This document shows, one piece after another, positions 49,923-59,524 of a stretch of 64,000 bases of DNA. The notes under the pieces are model-generated. The model worked only from the letters and a program-made list of their open reading frames with translations, was not told the origin of the DNA and made no database searches. How positions within the stretch are numbered: position 1 is the stretch's first letter; each line of letters opens with the position of its first letter. This DNA comes from a virus. The stretch is taken from the IMG/VR virus record IMGVR_UViG_3300009129_001089; one strand, written 5' to 3'. The translations under genes and the position numbers were made by a program.

Positions 49923-50531
49923 TTAATATTCTGCAACAAAAATGTGATACTTTATAATGGTATATATAAATCCTATAAAAAAGATCCCCATACCAATTTC
50001 ATGTAATTTTTTACTATTACTGAATATCATTGGAGTCATAATGCAAAGCATAAGAACTCTACCTATTACTTTCAATGACATTAATTCTCCTTTAAAGAAT
50101 ACAAAGAGATTTGCAAGTAGACAACATTGTAATGCTACTGCCAATCCTAAAATAACCTTATGGTTTTCGTAATAGTATTCACATAAATCAACCGATTTAT
50201 CTTTATATGTCTCCGGTTGTGGAGCAACTACTTCAGTTACCATAAAAAATATTAATGGTACTGAAAGATATAAAAGAAACGTAAATAAATTCCAATCTTC
50301 ATTTGAAAAATATGCTAAGTCTCTTAGTGGATACGAAGTCCACCAAAATAATATAATAGTAAAAAAAGTTATAAAACTAAAAGCCGTATGTGGCCAATAG
50401 AAATAAACATCATCGTCTGGATTATCATTGTAATTTTTTGCTAATAATGAACTGTAATTTATCATTAACCTAACCATAGACATGGCTAAAACTACAAAGG
50501 GTATCATAGATAAATGTGAAAATGCGACCAT
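49923..50531 (-). CDS. Multi-TM membrane protein
   Basis: About six hydrophobic helices. Confidence 0.75.
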   Translation of the reverse strand: MVAFSHLSMIPFVVLAMSMVRLMINYSSLLAKNYNDNPDDDVYFYWPHTAFSFITFFTIILFWWTSYPLRDLAYFSNEDWNLFTFLLYLSVPLIFFMVTEVVAPQPETYKDKSVDLCEYYYENHKVILGLAVALQCCLLANLFVFFKGELMSLKVIGRVLMLCIMTPMIFSNSKKLHEIGMGIFFIGFIYTIIKYHIFVAEY

Positions 50532-51470
50532 TCATTTTTCCTCCAACTCGCCTAAAATAAGATGTTCAGTTAATACATTACTTAAATACTGCCATTCACT
50601 ATCTTCTGGAACAATTATAACCATTCCTACACCGCAATTAAATGTTTTCATCATTTGTTTTTTAGTTAAGTTTGCCTCTGCTTGTATCCATTGAAACAAA
50701 CTTTCGTGTCTAAAAAATCTAGTCTCATTTGATTTATTGCCACTTTTTACAGAATGATATAATCTATAATTACATACTAAGTTCTTTGGTAATATTCTTT
50801 TTGTATTAGTATGACCACCTCCTGTTATATGTGCTATTCCTTTTATTTCTATACCTGCTTCTTTAAGTGCATCCAATTCTTTTTTATATATTTTTGTTGG
50901 CTCAAGCAACGAATACATAAATTCTTTTTCGTCTACGTTATTCGGAGTTTTATGTGCATATTCTCGTATCATTGTGTAACCATTAGAGTGAAATCCTGTA
51001 GAAGGCAAACCTATTACTTTATCTCCTGGTTGCATATTATTTTTAGGCAATTGATCCATTGATATACCTACACCAAATCCGCAAACATCAAATGTACCTT
51101 GTTCAATTATGCCAGGCAACTCAGCAGTCTCGCCTCCTACTAATTCTATTCCTACTTGAGAACATCCAAAATATATTCCTTCTAATACTTCTTTAAAATC
51201 TTCCTCGTTAACATTTGCTGAACAAAAATAATCCAAAAAGAACAACGGTTCACATCCATTACATAATAAATCATTAATAACCATTGCTACACAATCTACT
51301 CCTATTGATTGCAACGGCCTACCATATTTTTCCTTTGCTTGTTGTGCTAATAGTATCTTTGTTCCAACACCGTCACAACTTGAAATAAGATTGCCATGCC
51401 TAGCCGCAAAGCCTCCTATCTGTTCTGAATATTGTGAAATACTTTTAACTAGTTTATCATTTTTATTCAT
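50532..51470 (-). CDS. purM: AIR synthetase
   Basis: DGVGTK, PLFFLDY, GGETAE, HSNGY, HITGGG, FNCGVG. Confidence 0.95.
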   Translation of the reverse strand: MNKNDKLVKSISQYSEQIGGFAARHGNLISSCDGVGTKILLAQQAKEKYGRPLQSIGVDCVAMVINDLLCNGCEPLFFLDYFCSANVNEEDFKEVLEGIYFGCSQVGIELVGGETAELPGIIEQGTFDVCGFGVGISMDQLPKNNMQPGDKVIGLPSTGFHSNGYTMIREYAHKTPNNVDEKEFMYSLLEPTKIYKKELDALKEAGIEIKGIAHITGGGHTNTKRILPKNLVCNYRLYHSVKSGNKSNETRFFRHESLFQWIQAEANLTKKQMMKTFNCGVGMVIIVPEDSEWQYLSNVLTEHLILGELEEK

Positions 51471-51477
51471 TATTACC

Positions 51478-53025
51478 TTATTCCCATTCTATTGTTCCTG
51501 GTGGCTTAGAAGTTATGTCGTAAACTACTCTATTTACTCCTGATACATTATTAATAATTTCAGTAGAACATTTACTAAGCACTTCATGTGGTAAATTAAA
51601 CCAATCAGCAGTCATACCATCTTCACTTGAGACTGCTCGTAATGCAATAAGATTTTCGTATGTTCTATCATCGCCCATTACACCTACTGTTTTAATAGGT
51701 ATCAAAACTGCAAATGCTTGCCAAATACCTTCGATATCACCTAACGTCTTTAAAAATACACTATCTGCCTCACGTAATATTCGTAATCTTTCATGTGTTA
51801 CTTCGCCCATTATTCGTACTGCTAGTCCTGGTCCGGGAAATGGCTGGCGGGTTAAAACAGTATCTGGCAACCCTAATTCTTTGCCCAATAATCTTACTTC
51901 ATCTTTAAATAAATTCCTAAGTGGTTCAATTAAAGTAAATTCCATATTGTCGGGTAATCCACCTACATTATGGTGCGACTTAATTGTTGCCGCTATATCT
52001 TTTCCTGATTCAATAACATCAGGATACAATGTACCTTGTGCTAAAAACTTTGCATCCTTTGTAACATCTTCAAAGCATCTAATAAATTCTCTTCCAATTA
52101 CTTTTCGTTTAACTTCCGGATCAGTAATGTTTTCTAATACTTTCCAAAACCTTTGTGTAAAATCATACTTTGTAATGTTTAATCCTAGCTCTTGCATGGA
52201 TTTCATTATTTCGTTTGCTTCGTTTTTACGAAGTAACCCTGTATCAATAAAAACACATTTTGACTGTTTACCTATTGCTTTGTGTAATAATTTTCCTACT
52301 ACTGCGGAATCAACTCCTCCACTAATTGCAGTTATAACTTCTCCATCACCTACTTGTTCTCTTATAGATTTAATAGCATCTTCAATAATATATTTTGAAA
52401 TCCAATCTTTATCACATTGTGCTACTTTAAATAAAAAGTTTCTAAATACATCTCTTCCAATAAGTGAATGTACTACTTCCGGATGAAATTGTACTCCGTA
52501 AATAGGTTTTTCTTTATGCTTAACCGCCGCTATAACATTGTTAGAAGATCTTGCTATAATATCAAATACTTTTGGTAATGTTTGTATTTCATCTGCATGA
52601 CTCATCCATACTTGGGCTCCTTCTATCCAATCTTTGTCACATTCTGCTAATAATGGATCTGGCTTTTCTACGTATATGTTTGCAAGTCCGTATTCGCCTG
52701 TGCCACGAATAATTTTTCCGCCTTCTTTGTGTACTATTTCTTGTAAGCCATAACATATACCTAAAATAGGAATACCTAAGTTTAAAATATCAGGATCTAA
52801 CTTAGGTGCTTCGGTTTCGTATACACCTGATCTGCTTCCTGATAATATTATTGCTTTAGCATTTTTTAATTCTTCTGCTTTAACAGACGGAGCATATATT
52901 TTGGAATAAACATTTTGTTCTCTAACTCTCCTGGCAATGAGTTGTGTATATTGGGCACCAAAATCTATTACTGCTACAGGATTATGTGTGTACTTTGCTC
53001 CAAAATCTATTACCGCGACTGTCAT
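51478..53025 (-). CDS. guaA: GMP synthase (glutamine-hydrolysing)
   Basis: GICYG, QFHPEV, SGGVDS, KSHHNVGGLP, KPPGTIEWE. Confidence 0.97.
   Translation of the reverse strand: MTVAVIDFGAKYTHNPVAVIDFGAQYTQLIARRVREQNVYSKIYAPSVKAEELKNAKAIILSGSRSGVYETEAPKLDPDILNLGIPILGICYGLQEIVHKEGGKIIRGTGEYGLANIYVEKPDPLLAECDKDWIEGAQVWMSHADEIQTLPKVFDIIARSSNNVIAAVKHKEKPIYGVQFHPEVVHSLIGRDVFRNFLFKVAQCDKDWISKYIIEDAIKSIREQVGDGEVITAISGGVDSAVVGKLLHKAIGKQSKCVFIDTGLLRKNEANEIMKSMQELGLNITKYDFTQRFWKVLENITDPEVKRKVIGREFIRCFEDVTKDAKFLAQGTLYPDVIESGKDIAATIKSHHNVGGLPDNMEFTLIEPLRNLFKDEVRLLGKELGLPDTVLTRQPFPGPGLAVRIMGEVTHERLRILREADSVFLKTLGDIEGIWQAFAVLIPIKTVGVMGDDRTYENLIALRAVSSEDGMTADWFNLPHEVLSKCSTEIINNVSGVNRVVYDITSKPPGTIEWE
52944..53020. 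repeat. 42-bp-period tandem duplication at the guaA 5' end
   Basis: VAVIDFGAKYT HNP VAVIDFGAQYT. Confidence 0.85.
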
Positions 53026-54191
53026 AATGCTTTATATCCAATATCCTTTCGATAAAAACTATCTTCCCAATGTATTTTTTCACATATTTGATATGCTTTA
53101 TTTCGTGCTTCTTGTAATGTTTCTCCTCTAGCAGTTATATTTAAAACTCTACCACCTTTTGTAATATATCTATCATCTATTTTTTGAGTACCTGCATGAA
53201 ACACTTGTACATCAGGATCATCTATTTTATCTAAACCTTTTATTTCAAATCCCTTACCATATTTTTCTGGATAACCTCCTGAACACATACAAACAGTTAT
53301 CGCAGATCCATTGTAAAAATTAGGTGCCGGTAACTCTTTTAATGTACCATTAACACATGCTTCTAAATATGGAGACAAATCACTCTCCATTAACATCATT
53401 AATACTTGACATTCAGGATCACCAAAACGTACATTGTATTCTATTACATATGGATCTCCATTGCAAATCATTAAACCAATATATAATACACCTCTGTAAG
53501 GGATACCTTCTTCTCGCATTCCCCTAAGTGTTGGTTCGATTATTTCTCTTCTAATTCTTGTGTCTAGTTCATTTGTTATTAATGGTGCTGGTGCGTATGC
53601 ACCCATTCCTCCTGTGTTAGGTCCAGTATCTCTTTCACCTACACGTTTATGATCTTGACAATAAGGAAGTACTTTATAATCTTTTCCATCTGTTAATACA
53701 AAACAACTTGCTTCGTCGCCTTGTATAAATTCTTCTATTAATATTTTATTTGATTTAGACTCAAATTTATTATCAATAAATGTTTGTTGAACATTAATAG
53801 CATCCTCTAATGCATCACAAACTGATACACCTTTTCCTCCGCATAATCCGTCCTCTTTAATAACAATAGGAAATTTTTCATTAGGACGCATTATTGCTTC
53901 TTCTATTGTTGATCGATTATATGTTTCCCATCTTGCAGTAGGAATATCATTACGAAGCATAAATTGTTTCGCCCATAATTTACTTGTTTCTAATCGACCC
54001 GCAAGTTTACTTGGAGCAAATACTTTTTTAAGCATACCTTCATAATGCTCAGTAAGTCCGTCTGCTATAGGTTGTTCTGGTCCTATAATAACAAATTCCG
54101 AATTTTCTTTAATCGGAATGCTTTCTTTTTCCAATTTCCAACGTAAGGAATCTTCTCTTCCTCCGTCGCCTATCATAATAGTCGAAATCAT
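53022..54191 (-). CDS. purD: GAR synthetase
   Basis: GGRE, IGPE, GKGV, QDHKR..DTGPNTGGMG, EYNVRFGDPE. Confidence 0.96.
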   Translation of the reverse strand: MISTIMIGDGGREDSLRWKLEKESIPIKENSEFVIIGPEQPIADGLTEHYEGMLKKVFAPSKLAGRLETSKLWAKQFMLRNDIPTARWETYNRSTIEEAIMRPNEKFPIVIKEDGLCGGKGVSVCDALEDAINVQQTFIDNKFESKSNKILIEEFIQGDEASCFVLTDGKDYKVLPYCQDHKRVGERDTGPNTGGMGAYAPAPLITNELDTRIRREIIEPTLRGMREEGIPYRGVLYIGLMICNGDPYVIEYNVRFGDPECQVLMMLMESDLSPYLEACVNGTLKELPAPNFYNGSAITVCMCSGGYPEKYGKGFEIKGLDKIDDPDVQVFHAGTQKIDDRYITKGGRVLNITARGETLQEARNKAYQICEKIHWEDSFYRKDIGYKAL

Positions 54192-55696
54192 GCTACCTGT
54201 TGTTTATATCTGAGTGTGCCTTCTTGTGTAGGATATTTAGATGTTAAACATGCCATACAAAGTTCACTACTATTTTTATTTAACGCTTTTACCATACCCT
54301 CTAACGACAAATATTGTAAACTATCTGCACCAAAATCGCTTGCTTTAGGTTTATTAGTACTTGTGTATAATTCTTTTATAGTTGGAAAATCTATTCCATA
54401 AAAACAAGGCGAAGTAATAGGAGGACATCCAATTCGTAAATGTACTTCTTTTGCTCCGCTCCATTCTTTTAAATTTGTTACTAATGCTCGCATTGTTGTA
54501 CCACGTACAATAGAATCATCTATAAGTATAATTTTTTTACCCCGTAATACCTCACGCAAATGTGTAAATTTTAATTGTATATTGTATGTTCTATTTGTAT
54601 TATCTATAAATGTTCTTCCTATAGAATGATTTTTAAGTAAGCCTTGTACAAAAGGTATATGGGTTTCTTGTGCATATTTTGCTCCTGCAACATACGAAGT
54701 TTCAGGTACAGGTACTACAATATAATCACCGTTAAATTTAACTGTTTCTTCTATTGCTAATTGTTTTCCTATATTTTCTCGTACATGATATACAGATTCG
54801 CCATCCATTACAGATGCAAGATGCCCAAAATAAATCCATTCAAAAAAACAATAACTAGTATTTTTTTTAGAATGTGTTTCTATTAATTTACTTGGACCAG
54901 AATAATATAAACTATTACTTGGATATTGTAAATCCTTATCTATATAACTTTTTACAGTAAAATTATCGCCATCAGCAATAATCATTTCACCGGGTTTCAA
55001 ATCTGTTGCTTCTATTTGTAAATTAGAGAGAACTACGCTTTCTGATGTAAAAACTAATATGCCATCATCAGTAACACCATAACACATAGGTTTTAGCCCT
55101 AGTGGATCTCTGACAGCAACCATTTTCCCGTCAGCATTTACAAAGGCAATGTTCCATGATCCGTCAAAATCTTTTAATAACGTTTTAAATATTTCAACAA
55201 AGTTTAATTCTTCTTGAGGCTTATGTGATTGGACTTCACGACTAAGAAAATGCATTATGACTTCTGTATCAGAATCATAAGTCATATTGTAACCTACTTT
55301 TTCTAAGCCACTTTTTAGTTTATCATAATTTGCTAGGTTGCCATTAAAGGCTAAACTAAACCATTTTGATTTTCTACCATGTGGACGTTCAAATGGTTGT
55401 GCTAATTGATCTCCATTATCACCACTTGTTGCATAACGAGTGTGACCTATTGCGGCATGACCACTATAATCTTCTAATAATTTTTTACTTTTATATTGAT
55501 GGTTGATTTGAAATACTTCGTGTACTTTACCATTGTCTTTATGTGTTTGGAGTATTCTCTTTCTATTTTGATTGTAAGAAGTAAGACCGGCACTAAGTTG
55601 ACCCCGGTGTTGTAAATCTAATAATCCTCTAACAATGAGGGGGTAAACGTTTTTGGTTTTATCCTTTAACGAATACGCCCCAATAACTCCACACAT
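54188..55696 (-). CDS. purF: Amidophosphoribosyltransferase
   Basis: MCG N-terminus, LQHRGQ, GHTRYAT, DDSIVRGTT, CFYGID, C..C. Confidence 0.96.
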   Translation of the reverse strand: MCGVIGAYSLKDKTKNVYPLIVRGLLDLQHRGQLSAGLTSYNQNRKRILQTHKDNGKVHEVFQINHQYKSKKLLEDYSGHAAIGHTRYATSGDNGDQLAQPFERPHGRKSKWFSLAFNGNLANYDKLKSGLEKVGYNMTYDSDTEVIMHFLSREVQSHKPQEELNFVEIFKTLLKDFDGSWNIAFVNADGKMVAVRDPLGLKPMCYGVTDDGILVFTSESVVLSNLQIEATDLKPGEMIIADGDNFTVKSYIDKDLQYPSNSLYYSGPSKLIETHSKKNTSYCFFEWIYFGHLASVMDGESVYHVRENIGKQLAIEETVKFNGDYIVVPVPETSYVAGAKYAQETHIPFVQGLLKNHSIGRTFIDNTNRTYNIQLKFTHLREVLRGKKIILIDDSIVRGTTMRALVTNLKEWSGAKEVHLRIGCPPITSPCFYGIDFPTIKELYTSTNKPKASDFGADSLQYLSLEGMVKALNKNSSELCMACLTSKYPTQEGTLRYKQQVA

Positions 55697-56929
55697 TTAA
55701 AATTGCTCGTCTTCTGTTGACCCTTTAATTGCACTTAATGTATTACTACCAGTACATACTTGACTTATTTCGTCAAAGTAACCTGCACCTACTTCACGTT
55801 GGTGTTTTACTGCTGTAAATCCTAATTCTTGTGCTTTAAATTCTTTTTGTTGTAAATCTACAAATCCTGTCATACCAGTATTTTTATAATTTAAAGATAA
55901 ATCAAACATACTATAATTTAAACTATGAAAACCTGCGAGTGTAATAAACTGATATGTTACTCCTAGTTCGCCTAGTTCATCTTTGAAATTGCGTATTTCA
56001 GTATCGCTTAATTTTGACTTCCAATTAAATGATGGTGAACAATTATATGCAAACATTTTATTTGGAAACTCCTTACGAATTTCTGCACAAAATTCCCTGC
56101 ATTCGCCTATGTCGGGTAAAGATGTTTCCATCCAAAGCAAATCACAGTAAGGCGCATATGCAAGTCCTCTTGAAACCGCTTGTGCCATTCCTGCATTTGT
56201 TTTATAAAATCCTTCGGTTGTTCTTTCACCTGTAATAAACGTATGATCATATTCGTCAGCATCAGTTACTAACAATGCACCTGCTAATGAATCTGTTCTT
56301 GCAATTAAAACAGTATCAACGCCCATTATATCTGCGGCAAGTCTAGAAGCAATAAGTTTTGATACCATTTCTTTAGTAGGTACTAACACTTTACCACCCA
56401 TGTGTCCGCATTTTTTAGCAGAAGATAATTGGTCTTCTAAATGCACACCGGCGGCACCGGCTTCAATCATGTCTTTCATTAATTCATGGGCATTAAGGAC
56501 TCCTCCGAATCCTGATTCCATGTCTGCAACAATAGGAAGAAAATAATCTATATCTCCTTCACCTTCCATTGTTTGTATTTGATCTGCACGGATAAACGTA
56601 TTATTAATTCGTTTTACTACGATTGGTACACTATTGGCCGCATATAATGATTGATCTGGATACATCTCCATACTATCATTTGCATCGCCTGCTACTTGCC
56701 AACCACTAAGATATACCGAATCTAACCCAGCCTTTGCTTGTTGCATTGCTTGGTTACCTGTTAATGCACCTAAGGCACTAACGTAAGGTTGATTGTGTAA
56801 TTTGTGCCATAACTTTTTAGCACCATTTTGTGCTAATGTATATTCAACTTTAACTGACCCACTTAGTCGCTTTACGTCTGAGTCGGCATATGGTCGGATA
56901 ATCCCGTCCCATCTATTTTCTTTGCTCAA
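55697..56929 (-). CDS. aceA: Isocitrate lyase
   Basis: [47 protein letters not shown]; TTG start with AGGAG SD. Confidence 0.97.
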   Translation of the reverse strand: MSKENRWDGIIRPYADSDVKRLSGSVKVEYTLAQNGAKKLWHKLHNQPYVSALGALTGNQAMQQAKAGLDSVYLSGWQVAGDANDSMEMYPDQSLYAANSVPIVVKRINNTFIRADQIQTMEGEGDIDYFLPIVADMESGFGGVLNAHELMKDMIEAGAAGVHLEDQLSSAKKCGHMGGKVLVPTKEMVSKLIASRLAADIMGVDTVLIARTDSLAGALLVTDADEYDHTFITGERTTEGFYKTNAGMAQAVSRGLAYAPYCDLLWMETSLPDIGECREFCAEIRKEFPNKMFAYNCSPSFNWKSKLSDTEIRNFKDELGELGVTYQFITLAGFHSLNYSMFDLSLNYKNTGMTGFVDLQQKEFKAQELGFTAVKHQREVGAGYFDEISQVCTGSNTLSAIKGSTEDEQF

Positions 56930-56940
56930 TTTTTATCTCC

Positions 56941-57783
56941 TTAAAATTTGCTTGTATACTCTGTCACGATAGCATACTTTCGTTGAACATCAGTTAAATT
57001 TTCTCCGTCTCTAAATGATTGTTTATCTAATTGTTGTTTTGGATCGCCATGTGGCCATATACGCCAACTATCATTATCTATAACGTCTGCAATAACAATT
57101 TCTTTATTTGAATTAATACCTACTTCTATTTTCATATCTATTAAATCTACATTAACTTTTTTCCATGCTTTTTCTATTGTTTCAAAACATGGTATCATTA
57201 ATGAATTTCTAATATATTCTAATGTTACAGGATCTACTACAGGTATTATGTCCATTAATGGTTGCATATCATGTCGTGGTTGCTTAGGAGGATAAAGTAA
57301 CCACGTTTCATCATGTGGTTCTATTAAAGGGTCTGTGTATACAGTTTCTGTCCATTCTCCGTTTCGTAGGTATAATTCTCGAGCTTTATCTTCAGAAATC
57401 ATTTCACCTTTAACTATTGCATGTTTATGAAAAAATTCAGTTTTTACAGGATCAAATAAATCTGAAGAGGATGCTTGAGGTTCTCGTTTAATATAACTAC
57501 CATATGGCCTTCTACGTATAACACATTCAATAGGAATCATTCTACATTTATCTGCAACAAATGATGTTTCGTCATTTCTGCTTTTATATGCAACTGGTAT
57601 TCCTTCACGTTTCAGTAACGCAAATACATGAATTGTCTGGCTTGTTTTATCTTGTGCTACAGGTAGGTCTGCTTGTATTGCGGCATCATTTGCCGTAAGT
57701 GAATCTTTTGTTCGTATTCTAACTAAACTTTTATCATCTAAGGATTCTATTAGTTTAGTTTTACCTTCAATTAGTATTTCCAT
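56941..57783 (-). CDS. purC: SAICAR synthetase
   Basis: EGKTK, MIPIECVIRR..GS, D.KIE.G, ADVIDNDSWRIW, DKQ.FR. Confidence 0.92.
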   Translation of the reverse strand: MEILIEGKTKLIESLDDKSLVRIRTKDSLTANDAAIQADLPVAQDKTSQTIHVFALLKREGIPVAYKSRNDETSFVADKCRMIPIECVIRRRPYGSYIKREPQASSSDLFDPVKTEFFHKHAIVKGEMISEDKARELYLRNGEWTETVYTDPLIEPHDETWLLYPPKQPRHDMQPLMDIIPVVDPVTLEYIRNSLMIPCFETIEKAWKKVNVDLIDMKIEVGINSNKEIVIADVIDNDSWRIWPHGDPKQQLDKQSFRDGENLTDVQRKYAIVTEYTSKF

Positions 57784-57982
57784 GTCCGTCTTGTTTTATT
57801 GACACATGATACCCTTGATCAAAAAGACTTTTTGCAAGGTTCTGTGCTTCTTTTAAAGTTTGACAAAATCTTTTTCTAACGTCCTTGGGATCAGGCGGAA
57901 TCCATTTTGCCTGCTCTTTCATTTGGGCATGATTATTGTTTCTATTATCGTTATACTTAAAATATTCTACCCAAATATTCAT
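57767..57982 (-). CDS. Hypothetical protein
   Basis: ORF in operon. Confidence 0.6.
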   Translation of the reverse strand: MNIWVEYFKYNDNRNNNHAQMKEQAKWIPPDPKDVRKRFCQTLKEAQNLAKSLFDQGYHVSIKQDGHGNTN

Positions 57983-57990
57983 ATTATATC

Positions 57991-58410
57991 CTAAATAAAT
58001 TTCGGATCACCGTAGTCGACAAGACCTGACCAATGTGCTTTTGTCGAAAATGTAGGTTTTAATTCATGTTCTCTATCCATTAACGTATATGCAACTTTTT
58101 CAGGTTCCATTATGTTTAGGTGTTGCAAAACGTCATGTTTACTAAACTCTGCACAACTATATACATCAAATTGTACTAATGCTGGATCTGTTTCATCCCA
58201 TATGTGAATAGCAATATGTGATGTTTCAATCATTACAAATCCTGTAATTCCTCTATTTCCACATACATCAATGTAACTAGCGAAAGGCCCTTTGATAATT
58301 TTCATATCAATTAATTTAACTAGTTGTTTAAGCCATTTCTTTAATACTTTTTCTTCTTTAATTGGTTTAGTAACTTCAGCTCGAACCAATAAATGTTTGT
58401 GTACCGGCAT
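57991..58410 (-). CDS. speD: S-adenosylmethionine decarboxylase proenzyme
   Basis: HLL, G.TG...IETSHIAIH.W, DVYSC. Confidence 0.88.
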   Translation of the reverse strand: MPVHKHLLVRAEVTKPIKEEKVLKKWLKQLVKLIDMKIIKGPFASYIDVCGNRGITGFVMIETSHIAIHIWDETDPALVQFDVYSCAEFSKHDVLQHLNIMEPEKVAYTLMDREHELKPTFSTKAHWSGLVDYGDPKFI

Positions 58411-58578
58411 TCATATTACCTCTCTGCTGGGTGAATCGGATTATGTAAATATTTCATAGGTTCCCGATTATGTTCTTCATTTATTATTTGTTCTAACTTT
58501 TCTCTTAAAGATTTGTCTCTTTCTTTGTATTCTTCGTAGTTTTTTTCTATTGCTTCCATGTAAAGTTGGACAACAGAA

Positions 58579-58800
58579 TTACTCACTGTTTAACTCCTTT
58601 TCACATTCACTATCTAGTAGGCCACCAGAACAATTCTTCCACGATGGTTTTGTATCGCACATACCAGTTTTGTATTCGCATTTGTAATGAGTCTTTTTGT
58701 ATCTTTGTCTCTCTTTCTCTTTGTTGATTGATATAATTATACCACTCGTAAGAACAACAAGAGAAACTATACCAAGCACCCATTTAGTTACGTCTCCCAC
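58579..58800 (-). CDS. Small membrane-anchored Cys-containing protein
   Basis: N-terminal TM, four Cys. Confidence 0.55.
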   Translation of the reverse strand: MGDVTKWVLGIVSLVVLTSGIIISINKEKERQRYKKTHYKCEYKTGMCDTKPSWKNCSGGLLDSECEKELNSE

Positions 58801-58808
58801 ATATTACC

Positions 58809-59006
58809 TCATAGCCATATAGCCGGATCATATTTACATCCTCTGCATTTTCGTGGCACCCATGCTTCTTTAACAGGATCATATTTTTGTGTTTTCGATT
58901 TTCCATTTAATAACCAAGGATAAAGCCCTGTTCTTTTTTTATGCGTTGAATCTGTTGAACACGAAAACATTAACATACCTAATAGAAAGACTGTTAAAAG
59001 TTTCAT
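58809..59006 (-). CDS. Small putative lipoprotein
   Basis: Signal peptide ending LMFSC. Confidence 0.55.
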   Translation of the reverse strand: MKLLTVFLLGMLMFSCSTDSTHKKRTGLYPWLLNGKSKTQKYDPVKEAWVPRKCRGCKYDPAIWL

Positions 59007-59022
59007 CTTAACAGTATTTATT

Positions 59023-59099
59023 TGGTAGGCATGGTTGGACTCGAACCAACGACTTCCACCGTATCAGAGTGGCGTTCTAACCAGCTGAACTACACGCCT
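59023..59099 (-). tRNA. tRNA-Ile(GAT)
   Basis: Cloverleaf, CTGATAC loop, CCA. Confidence 0.93.
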
Positions 59100-59101
59100 A
59101 T

Positions 59102-59178
59102 TGGGTCGACAGACGAGGCTCGAACTCGCAACCTTTGGAACCACAATCCAATGCTCTACCAATTGAGCTACTGTCAAC
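59102..59178 (-). tRNA. tRNA-His(GTG)
   Basis: TTGTGGT loop, G-1/C73, CCA. Confidence 0.93.
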
Positions 59179-59184
59179 AATAAA

Positions 59185-59261
59185 TGGTAGACGAGATGGG
59201 ATTTGAACCCATGACCTGAACCTTATAAGAATCCTGCTCTAACCAACTGAGCTACTCGTCT
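59185..59261 (-). tRNA. tRNA-Ile(TAT)
   Basis: CTTATAA loop, A73, CCA. Confidence 0.88.
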
Positions 59262-59268
59262 TCAACAC

Positions 59269-59345
59269 TGGCTCCCCGGGCTGGACTCGAACCAGCGACC
59301 CACAGATTAACAGTCTGTTGCTACTACCAACTGAGCTACCGAGGA
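59269..59345 (-). tRNA. tRNA-Asn(GTT)
   Basis: CTGTTAA loop, G73, CCA. Confidence 0.92.
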
Positions 59346-59365
59346 ATAATTAAATATATTGCTAG

Positions 59366-59442
59366 TGGCGGTCCCAACGGGATTCGAACCCGTGTTGCCG
59401 GCGTGACAGGCCGGTGTCCTAGGCCGACTAGACGATGGGACC
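59366..59442 (-). tRNA. tRNA-Asp(GTC)
   Basis: CTGTCAC loop, CCA. Confidence 0.95.
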
Positions 59443-59447
59443 AAATC

Positions 59448-59524
59448 TGGTAGGGATGACTGGATTCGAACCAGCGACCTCTACATCCCAAATGTAGCGT
59501 TCTCCCAGACTGAACTACATCCCT
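59448..59524 (-). tRNA. tRNA-Pro(TGG)
   Basis: TTTGGGA loop, CCA. Confidence 0.92.

Noticed and set aside
43023-53025. 2-aminoadenine (Z) or 7-deazaguanine DNA pathway
   Set aside because: No purZ/purA-like, datZ, mazZ, folE, queC/D/E or dpdA motifs in the window
42430-57783. Region is a bacterial chromosome fragment
   Set aside because: Same strand, composition and packing as the flanking viral genes; phage-type oxygenase, HAD and ClpP genes are intercalated; enzymes are shortened
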